Positions 23,730-34,000 of a stretch of 64,000 bases of DNA are shown here, in pieces. The notes beneath the pieces are model-generated. The model had not been told where the DNA came from. It was given only the letters and a program-made list of their open reading frames with translations, and ran no database searches. Numbering within the stretch: position 1 is the first letter of the stretch; each line of letters begins with the position of its first letter. Location: NCBI GenBank assembly GCA_907165135.1, contig OU015569.1, positions 11,904,001 through 11,968,000 on the forward strand, read 5' to 3'. The position numbers and the translations under genes are program-made. This DNA is from Oikopleura dioica. Taxonomy: Eukaryota > Animalia > Chordata.

Positions 23730-26700
23730 ATGCTCGTGAAATCGCTCCTCGCTGGGCTTGCCAGCGCCCAAGGATTCAGAGATTTGGAAAAGAAGTCCGT
23801 CGAAGTCCCAAGAATCGGAACAGATGTCATTGTCTCCTGCGAAGGGACGAGAATCGCCGCCAAGGTCATGAAGAGCTACATTGAGCGCAACTCCAAGTGG
23901 CTTGGAAGCGGCAAAGACCTTTCCCTAGACGTCGATAGATACACGGACGTCAGGGACTGCGCTGGAAAAGCCGACGAAGAGGGCAATTACATTTTGGAAG
24001 TGACCGATGATTTCCAAAAGTGCGGAATGCAGATTTCCCCAGAGACAGAAGTCATTGATGGCGAAGTCACTGTTACCGGATACAAGGTAATTTGCGAAAA
24101 ATTTTAAAACTCGAGAAGCGACTCTAGAATTTTGACTCAGCACGTTTTGCATATTTTACATTTTTAAAATTCAGCGGTCGTGAAACATGATTTACAGTCA
24201 AAGTTTACATTCTCGTGACACCCATATTTTATTTTCAAAAAATTGTTTGAAATTTCACCTAATACATATTTTGAATTTAAGGGGGTAACCTATGTTAATT
24301 ATTTTTTTTAGTTAAAAAAGAGCTTAATTAAGGTTCAAATCATCTTTTTGAGCGATAAAAATAAGGGTGTCACTATGCTTAATTTCAGAAAAAGTCAGAA
24401 TAAAGCTTCGAGTAGAAATTTACAGCCGTTACCCCCTTAATTTCATCAATTCTAACGCAATAAGCAAGAGAAAAGATCTTCGGCTTTCATTTCTTTTTGG
24501 ACCGAATAGTAATGAAAAAATACAGATTTCTGAGCAATCAGCTGTTCGAGTGGCATTTCCGACCGGTCGGTTAGAGCATCACGTTTTCGGAGGAAAAAAA
24601 GAGCCACGCAACAGCTTGTGGGAATTTGGTTTTGAACAGGCGCGCGGCAGATAGTTTTCGAATATTTGAATTTAAAACCAAAATGTTGGTTTTTCGATTT
24701 TAAGTTTCTTCGTTTATCTTTCTTTATCGCCAAGAATGTTTCTTTCTCCGGAACAAATCCACAAAAGGTTGTAAGCCCAGTGTTGCAGAAATCGACTGGT
24801 GTCACGTGTTTGATTTCTAAACTGTTCGGATCCAAAATAGCACGTTTCGTATTTTTCACCAAAACACGTTTTTTACAAACCATTTTAATCATTCCTGATC
24901 GCGTGGAATTTTTTAAATTTAGAATATTGACACCCTTATTTTACTAACTAACCCTAACTCAAACATTTTTTGTTTGTTTTTTTTCGAAGGTAAAACACAT
25001 ATTATTTAAAAATAAAAATTTTACAAAAAAAAAATTTAAAAATCATATTTTGTTTAAATTTTATTTTAAATTAAAAATTAAAATAAAAAAATTTAATTTA
25101 AAATAAAATTAAAATGAAATTATGATTTTAAATTTTTTTGCTAAATTTTTATTTTTAAATAATATGTGTTATACTTTACAAAAATATACTTCTATACTTT
25201 AACAAAAAATATTTAAAAAATTAATTTTCGGCCATCAAAAGCATTAACTTTTAGTCCCACCTACACGGAAACTAACCCTAACCCCTATTTTAAATATTTC
25301 TTTTTCTAGTTCAAAAACCACGTCTACAACCAAGATGGAAACGTTCTTGACGCAGCAGATCGAGCTCTCGATCTCGTCGAATTCGAGTGTGTCTACCCCA
25401 ACGTGCAAATGACGACTGGCGAGATGAATCCTTTGGTCCAGTAAGTAGCTTTTGAAAAGGAGGTCTTCTTGCTCGCGCGATGAGCCGGTAATCCTGTCGC
25501 TCGCTCCCTGAATCGCCTTGACAAGTATTCGCTCCTAATCACCACTTGGCGCGCGCGAATTCCACCCATATCACGTGACCGCGCCAACCACACATTAACC
25601 TTTCCATATTGAAAAATCCTCCAAAGGGCATTTTGCATTTATCAACTCAATAAATTTAGGTCGGCTGTTTCCCGAAGCAAGGTCAAAGAAATCGTCGGAG
25701 ACATGCGACTCTACTTGAGTTCCAATTATACCGACTTTTACACAAGTAAGTCATTCAGCTCTAGAATCGAAAGATATTCCTCCTTCAGGTCCACCCGTGC
25801 TCTCCCTCAACGACGACCTCTTCATCGAAGTTAATCTCGAGCGACCCTTGATCTCCGAAGCCTTCGCCCCTTACACCGAATTCTCGACCGTCATGGAGAA
25901 CTGCTGGGGTACACCAAGCCAGTCACGTGACGGCGCTCTCAAGGTAAGAGAAGAAAATATGCGCGAAATCCGAATTGGCGATTTTGTGATTCTAATCTCC
26001 GTAAAAGCCACTTTCCCTCTCTCTCTTTTGGTATCCAACTATTTCTCGCTCTAGATCGAGCTCTTGCGGTGGGTGTGAGATAAATTCCACCTCTGCCGCA
26101 ACAGATCGGATCATCGAGGCGCGACTGGCCCTGGTAGCTTCTTCTAACCGCTTCTTTTTCAGTACTACATCATCAAGAACCAGTGCCCCGTGGAAGGAGA
26201 TACATCTTTGGAAGTATCGTCTAACGGCGAAGGATTAACCTCGCGATTCAACTTGAAAATGTTCAAATTCATCGGCGACGAATACAACGACGTCTGGCTC
26301 CACTGCACCGTGCGCGCGTGCAACGCCACCGCAGGTTAGTTTTACTCAATTATTGGATCAATTAGCTTTTCGCGGCCTTTCTTCAAGAGGGAGATACAGC
26401 TTATCTTTTAAAGCTTTACCTGCTTTAAAGCGAAAAGGAAAATGCGTCTAAAAGCTGCGTGTTTCGCGGCTAAATTTTCTTTAACTCGAAGCCGCAAGCG
26501 GCTTCTCGATATTACTTAACATAACCCAAACCCGAACCCAAATAAAATCAACATTTAGATTCCTGCATCCCCGACTGTGGAGACAACAGAAAACGTCGTT
26601 CCGCCACTCGACGAGAATTGCCCTTCGTTTCTTTCGGAAAAGAACTTTTGCCGATCTCCCAATTCAGCGAAAACTCGAAGAAAATGACATGGACAGCCGG

Positions 26701-26919
26701 CTCGTTATGGTCGAGAGTGAAACCAATGGCTCTATCCTCAGACGTGAGTCCCTAAAGACTAAATCTTCCTTGCCATGCCGACCCGATTTTCAACCCTCTT
26801 TTGTAGCTGGATCGATGGCTTTCAACGTCCTGATCGGCATCGTCGCCGTCGTACTGATCCTGGTCTTCGTCTTTGGCCTAACAATCGTGGTGATTCGCAA
26901 GAAACAGCCAAGAAAGTGA
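23730..26919 (+). CDS. Zona pellucida (ZP) domain transmembrane protein
   Basis: Signal peptide; ZP-N cysteines; ZP-C motifs ENCWGTPS, YIIKNQCP, RFNLKMFKF..VWLHCTVRAC; furin site RKRRS; C-terminal TM AFNVLIGIVAVVLILVFVFGLTIVVI-RKK. Confidence 0.88.
24281..24436. mobile_element. Short TTAA-flanked element with GGGGGTAAC TIR (Kolobok-like MITE)
   Basis: TTAA-gggggtaac ... gttaccccc-TTAA, perfect 9-bp TIR. Confidence 0.55.
24357..24943. mobile_element. MITE family C (AAAATAAGGGTGTCA TIR), in a ZP-gene intron
   Basis: aaaataagggtgtca at 24358-72 and tgacacccttatttt at 24928-42, perfect 15-bp inverted pair. Confidence 0.6.
24994..25170. repeat. AT-rich foldback inverted repeat
   Basis: Perfect 28-bp outer arms aacacatattatttaaaaataaaaattt / aaatttttatttttaaataatatgtgtt, extending imperfectly to about 50 bp. 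Confidence 0.8.
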
Positions 26920-27281
26920 ATTAAACCTATTATTTAATTTCTTATGACCCTAAAAGGTGCCTTTTCAATCAATTCTAAAACCAAAAAAAGAATACTTTTC
27001 GTTTTTAAAAAATACTCTCATTATTTACTACTGTACATTTCGTCACTTTTCCAGTTCCAGTGTTCCAGAATGATCCTTGACACCAATTGAAACACGACAC
27101 AAAAAACAAAACAAGCTCATTTAAAAGTCTCTTTATTCCGCAGAAAGTAAGGATAAGCAGGAGCATTTTAATGTATTTATATTTTCTAAGGGGTCCTTGT
27201 TGATTTTTATTTTTATGTAAAGATACCCCTTGTTTGTGTTTTTTTAGTTAATTATTATTCTATCGTCAGGTCCCTTTAATC

Positions 27282-27725
27282 AAAAGAGACTAATTTTAAT
27301 CAGAAGAGACTAAAAGAGACTTTAAAAAGAGATTTTAAAAAGAGACTAAAGAGAGACTAAAAGAGACTAAAAAGAGACTAAAAGAGACTAAAAGAGACTT
27401 TAAAAGAGACTTTAAAAAGAGATTTTAAAAAGAGACTAAAGAGAGACTAAAAGAGACTAAAAAGAGACTAAAAGAGACTAAAAGAGACTAAAAAGAGACT
27501 AAAAGAGACTAAAAGAGACTTTTAAAAGAGACTAATTTTAATCAGAAGAGACTAAAAGAGACTTTAAAAGAGATTTTAAAAGAGACTAAAGAGAGACTAA
27601 AAGAGACTAAAAAGAGACTAAAAGAGACTAAAAAGAGACTAAAAGAGACTAAAAGAGACTAAAAAGAGACTAAAAGAGACTGAAAAGAGACTTTTAAAAG
27701 AGACTAATTTTAATCAAAAGAGACT
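27282..27725. repeat. Tandem (AAAAGAGACT)n minisatellite with higher-order structure
   Basis: Roughly 40 copies of a 10-11 bp A(4-5)GAGACT unit; the spacer taattttaatc recurs at 27291, 27533 and 27703. Confidence 0.95.
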
Positions 27726-28076
27726 AATCAAATCAAAATAGACCCGGAAGAGACGTCAAACTAGGGCCTCTTCTGGGTAAAGAAAAGACCAAAAAGAGAC
27801 TTTTACAGTAAATAAATTCGATGAAATATTTTTCCACTAGCTGTTGTCTGAAAGATAGTACGAGTGCTTTTGCTGCTGCTTGATTAGACATCTTTAGAGC
27901 TCAAGTGGTTTAATTCCTGCTTTTTGGCGCAGATTGCCGGATTCTGAAGAGCGGAATTAAACCACTGCCCTTGATTGGGTTCTGTTGAGAATGAGCGTGT
28001 CAGTCGAAACTGACAGGGAGCGCTTCTTTTGCTTCTGGGGCGGAGACCCTTCTTCTAAGGATAATTTTTGATAAGG

Positions 28077-31000
28077 TCACGTGATCACCTGCTAATTAAA
28101 TTAAATACCGCCAAGCGAGTGATCGGCGCTGGCACCACCCAGAATATCAAAGCCTTGGCCATGCGCAGCACCAGCGTCGCGAAGAAATCAATTATTCCGC
28201 AAAGAGTCGCTAAGAAAAAGGTTAATTGATCCAGAAAAAGAGAGCGAAGAGATACCTAAGCTCATTCCAGCAATGAGCCCCGCCGTGCCGCCAATATCGG
28301 AAACCAGCGAGAGCAGCGGATAGTCGAGCTTCTCTTCGCGGCGAGTTTCGTAGTCGTCGTTGAGCGAAATCGCGAAACTGGCCAGATCCAAGTTGACGAT
28401 TTCGTGGTTGTTTTTTTGAACTGGAAAAAGAAAGAAATAAATTAATTTTGGACCGCGGTTGACCGCAATTTAATAATACCGCGGGGACCGGCCATCTGGC
28501 CGGTTTTTTTTACTTCTAAAAGAAAAGTTTTGTGGAAACTACAATTTTTACCTCTTGTTAGTTTTCGAAAATCGTGTTGATGAATCCCTTCATATTGGAT
28601 CTAAATTGATTTGTTAGCACTGTCCAATTAAACAATTAGACTCTTTTGATGTAGCAAACCTTGTAGTTGTAGGAGAGGACACCCTTACAAGAGGGAATAC
28701 ATCTGCACTTGTTCTTTTGATTGACCATAATCGCTGAAAGAATTGATTCGTGGGCATTTCCGAAATCAGCTTACATGAAACGCACTGGACATGTCTCGTA
28801 AACGGACAATATCCTTCTTCGTCCAGCTTTCGAATTTTCTCGCAATCTTCGCGGGCCACGACGAAGTTCTTGTCGCACTGGTAGGTGAATTTGAACCACG
28901 GGAGGCTGCAATTGCAGCTTTCCATGATCTGCTTCACCAAGCATTTTTCCATGCAGTTGTTGTACGAATACTGGAACTCCTCCGTGTCTGCTGGGTTCGT
29001 TTCGCCACAGCTTTCGTCCACTTGTTCTTCCAGCGACGCGTTTTTCCAGCAACAAGGGGAGCGAACTCCACCCACTCGGCTGGTGTTCAGTTGGTTCAAT
29101 TCGATGATTGGATTCATTCCTTTCACGACCTTGAAATCAAAATGATGCTTACCTCGGCAACCTGAGAAGAAAATCTGAGTCAGGCTCTGGAAGAGCTAAA
29201 ATGAAAAGCCGCGTAGCGGCTTTTTTAAAAACGAAGCCGCGAAGCGGCTTCGCAAATAAACCATTTATATTTTCTTTAAACTCTTGGCGAAGCCGCTTTG
29301 CGGCTTCGTTTCTAAAAAAGCCGCTACGCGGCTTTTCATTTTAGCTCTTCCAAAGCCTGACTCAGGTTTTCAACACCTTAATAGGTTTGCCTACCTTAAC
29401 GTTATCAGTAAGACTGGGGCTTGGATTAGGGTTGGACGAGTTAGCATCGATGAAAAGCGTGAGATCGTCACGAGAATGCGCCCATCCAAGGACGAAATCG
29501 CTCTGGTTGAAGGCAATTGTCACGGAGAGCTGATTCTTTCCCGTGTTTTCGTCCGACCAGGTCAGATTTGGCGGCTTGAAGTGATAGCAGTATCCAAGGC
29601 GGGTGAAGATAAGCGACCAGGCTAGAATTTCGAAGTCGAGTAATTCTAAAAATTATAAAAAAAGGCGTACATTCCCATTCTCTCCCGTTTTGGCGCATCA
29701 GCTCTTCCCAATGCTGGCATTTGCGATTTCTATACGTGCACGTGATTCTTTAACTGAGGCTTCATACTTATAAATATGACCGTTTTTCTATGATAAGAGG
29801 ACTCTAAAATCCCTTGACGTTGAAGCCCTAAATGTAATACTCTGGCGGCGTTTTTTCATAAAGCTTGGTCATATTTATCTCGTCGATTTTCTTCGAAAAC
29901 ATTTTGCTTTTATGATAAGCCTTCTTTGGCCGGATTTTATGTACGTGTTTATCAAAGTACATAAATTGGGTTTGTTGAGACTGGTTTATTTGTATTCGGG
30001 AGCAGGATACAAAAAGAGTAAAGTTAGTTTTGTTGGTAGTGAAGTTTTGTGTGTGTGTGTGTGAACAGAGAAATGTTTCTTATATAGTGTTTTGTAAGAC
30101 GTGGTAGAGTGTTCTATGGTGGGTGGTCAGATATTCCGTGAAGTGTGGCTGAGCCGTTTGAGGAATGTGGCTTGAGCTTTCACGGAGCGCGGCGGGCGCT
30201 TTCACGGCGCGTGGAATAGAGCTTCGCGGACAGTGAATGAGAATGGCGCGCAGCGCGGAGCAAATGTGCATTGATAAACACCACTACATATTCCTCCCTC
30301 TTTTATAAAAGATCGTTACTCGCAGGGGGGTTTCCTGAGTTTATAAGCTGATCAATGATGTTTTGTCCATACGAGGTAACTGTATCAAAGTTGGGAACGT
30401 CGACGAACTCCATTTGTTGATCGGATTGAGGAGCATTCTCATTCTGGTTATCGACGAACTGTTCTTCTTGTTGAGGTTGAGCAGTGTTTTCCAAGAGACC
30501 GAGGAATTCCAAAAGATCAGTGAGGATAAGGTAAACTTGTGAAGCAATAAGTTGTATCTCACTGCTCTGTTTACAATTGAGCTCCTTCCAGCAGCCACGT
30601 TTTTTAGCAAATTTTGCCTCATATGTATCCAAGATTTTCTTGCGAGTTTCTTTTGAAGCTGATTTCGCTGTATAGAGCAAGCACTTGCACGAATAGAGGA
30701 GCAAGGATTTTAGGTCAGCGCTGGTTACTTCAAGATCAAGTGGCTTTTGTTGGAGTATTTCGAACCAGTCCTCGCGCTCTTGGATCGAAAATTCAACTTT
30801 TTCAAGCAAATTTCGGATGATTTTCGTTTTCTCGCATTCGATTTCGTAGAGCGGGATTCGGATGCCAATAACATAATTTAATGCAAATTGTTGAAAACGT
30901 CTTTTTGTGTCACTCGTTTTTTGAAGTAGAAAGATATCGCTAGTGAGTGTGGTCGGCATGCTGGGAGTATCTCTTTTATCATGAAGAATTCGATTTCAAT

Positions 31001-34000
31001 TTGGTGAGATGTTTTTTCTCTTTTCGAGTTCTGAATAGAGTCACATTCTGATTGAGCAGTTTGGAACACATGCTTCGAACGGTACATGCTAATTTTATCG
31101 GCGGATGAGTATCGGGGAGCTGTTTTGAATAGCTTTCTTTTGTCCAGGCGCGGAGATTTACGAGCATTGCAGCGCGCTGAGATTTCTTCTTTTTTGAATG
31201 AGTCCTTCTATCGATTTGGATTCTCGATTCTGATTTCGAGCTTTAGATTTTTCAGAAAGTCGAGTGAACTGAGAAGTTGACTATTTTTGAACAAACGAGC
31301 AGTTTTCATTCGTCTCTTCCCCCTTTTCAGAAAAAGGAGATTCGCATTATGCCATTTGAGCTGGGAAAATGCCTCTTTGGTCGAACATTCGAATATTTGT
31401 GAATCGGCAACTGCACACATTGCCAACATCTGGAGAAATCCGGCGCAAGGTTAAGAGTAGCGGTCCAAGTAGAGGGGCCCAGTTACTTGTACATAATCAA
31501 TTTTATGCGGTCGGAAGTCCACAGAGGCCTGATTTAACTTCAGCAGCGATTGAGCGGAACTGGACTCTTTTCTAGTGTGCATCATATCGTTGAAGTTGTG
31601 AAATTCATTTTGAGCGGCGATATATCTTTTGAGAGCAGGGCTTTAATACTCATGTATTCGAATTAATTTGAGCTTGGTAAAACGTGATGAGCTTCTCTTT
31701 TTACTTATTGTGTCTTGAGCGGAGACGATCTTTCCATACTGAATCCTTGTTTTCACTTTCATTGAGCAGTAGTTGATCATTCGCTGTAGAAGTGGGAGCA
31801 TCAGAGCAAGGATTTTGATCTTGAACTGTATCATCGGTCGGAGCAGATCGATTTTGCTGAGCTTGTTTAAGAGCTGGGACTTGAGTTTGTTTTGGATCAG
31901 GAACAGGAGCTTGAATTGGAGCACTTTTTTCTTTTGAGCTGGAATTATTTGGATTTTCATCCTTGCAAATCATTTCCGTTTTGTCGTTATCAGTTTTTAT
32001 TTTGAGCGGTCTGATCAAACTGATATTTCTTCGATATTCTTTTCTTGTGAGCGGGCACTTGACAATGTAACTGTCTTTGGAGAGTCTTCTGTGGATCTTG
32101 AACGGTCCAGACCATGATATTCCGAGTTTTCCAGAGTAATTGTCTGGTTTCCAACAAAGAACGGATGTTCCAATCGGGAGCACGGGACAGTTGTTTTTGT
32201 CACGTTTTAATAATGACTGGTATCGTTGGACTTGGAAGTTGAGCAGAGCAGGGTGCAATTTTTTCAAATACGAATTTAACCCTTTAATGAATGGCTGGAT
32301 ATTTTCAGCGATCGGCTCTTTTAGCGAAAATGGAACATGAAATTGTCTTCCATACACAACTTCGTTACTTGACAAACCGTCCAGGGAGCCTTTTGGGGTG
32401 TTGTTCAGGAAGTATTGTACCAGTGGCCAGTAGTTTGACCAAGTGCGATTAGTAGCGAGTTGGTTCTTGAGCTTTTGGTGAATTTCTCGATGGATTCTTT
32501 CGCACTTTCCATTTGACTTACTGTAATAAGCACTTGTAGTACTACGGCGTATTTCAAATCGGTCAAGAATGGCTGTTGTCTTTGAGCCAAATTCTTTACC
32601 ATTGTCGGAAATACAATTTTCGGAGATTCCGTGCCTCAGTATTATTTGCAAGAGAGCTTTAGCAACGAGGTTGTCGGACTTGTTCGATAGTGGTTCTCCA
32701 TCAAGGTAGCCGCTAAGGCTGTCGACGACGGTGAGCAAATAACGTTTACCAGCTTGGTCGGGTCTACCAAAATCCACTATGTCTGTGTGGACCTTTTCAA
32801 AGGGGAGTTGAGCGAATTGGCGATCTTTTATCAGCGAAGGTCGCATTTGTTTGATCGGTTTTAGGCGAATGCATGTTTCACATGAGCTTGTGATTGCCCT
32901 TACTTTTTGTTGGATGTTGCTGATGAAAAATTTCTTGAGCATCTGAAGGAGCTGTTGACTTCCGGCATGAGCTGTCAAGGAGTGTAGGTAAGAGATAAAT
33001 TCATCGGCAATTTGACTGGGTAGAACAAGTCGATCATTCGAGTAGAGAACATTATCTTTCAGCATAAGGCGTTTCTGAGACTTGTTGATCTTGGCTTTTT
33101 GAATAAGGTTTTTCGTAATGGAGCAGGCTTCTTGAGCAGCAGTCATTTCTTTCGCCGTAAAGGATCGATTTTCGTATGAGAAGATAGCATCGTCATTCGA
33201 AAGAGTTGACAAGGCGAAGATTGTTTCATCAACGTCGAAGAAGTTTTCTGAGTCCTTATCAAGATCAGAACTCTTTGATTTAGGGAGCCGGCTAAAGAAA
33301 TCTGCAGAGGCCATTTCCGGACTTGATCCGCTTTTGTGAATAATCGTGAAGTTAAAAGCGAGCAGATAATTATGCACATTGCATAATTTGATGTCCAGTT
33401 TCTGTCTTCGTGATTCTCGGAATAAATAGAGCAGTGACTTATGGTCGACATAACAGTCGAACTCGCAATTGATCAGGTAGTACTCGAAAAATTGGATTCC
33501 CCAGCAGAGAGCGAAAAGTTCCTTGATCCTCATTGGTCGCTTGAGGTCGGGACCGGAAAGAGCTTTGCTGAAGTATCCAAGGGGAGCGAATTGATCGTTT
33601 TGGACTTGATACAGTGTTCCTCCGACTGCGTATCCAGATGAATCAGTAACAAGAACGAGTTTACATCCGGGCTTGAAGTGCGCTAGGGTCGGCTCTTTCA
33701 GGAGTTCACTTTTTACTGTATCAAAAGCCTTCTGATGGATGTCGGACCACTCGTATTTCGCTTTGACTGATGTCAAACGATAGAGCGGGGACAGAATCTC
33801 ACTTCCGCGTTTGATGAATTTGACGTTGAAATTGACCATACCAAGATATCGTTTCAGTTCTGCTTTATCTCTTGGTGGTGACATCTTCTCTATAGCTTCT
33901 AGGTGCTTTCTGAGCGGTTTGATTCCGTCTGCGGTTATTGAGTGACCAAGAAAGTCTAGTTGTTTGCTGGCAAGTTGGCATTTCGCAGCATTTAGTACCA

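Noticed and set aside
27282-27725. Repeat array as a CRISPR locus
   Set aside because: 10-11 bp units with no unique spacers, no cas genes, and eukaryotic context; it is a minisatellite.
29284-29625. ORFs running through family A MITEs (also 14305-14493 and 20340-20612)
   Set aside because: Chance open frames in GC-rich palindromic repeat sequence; no transposase motifs.
30303-30959. ORF C as a retroviral Env
   Set aside because: No signal peptide, furin site, fusion peptide or uncharged TM; the one hydrophobic stretch contains Asp and Glu.
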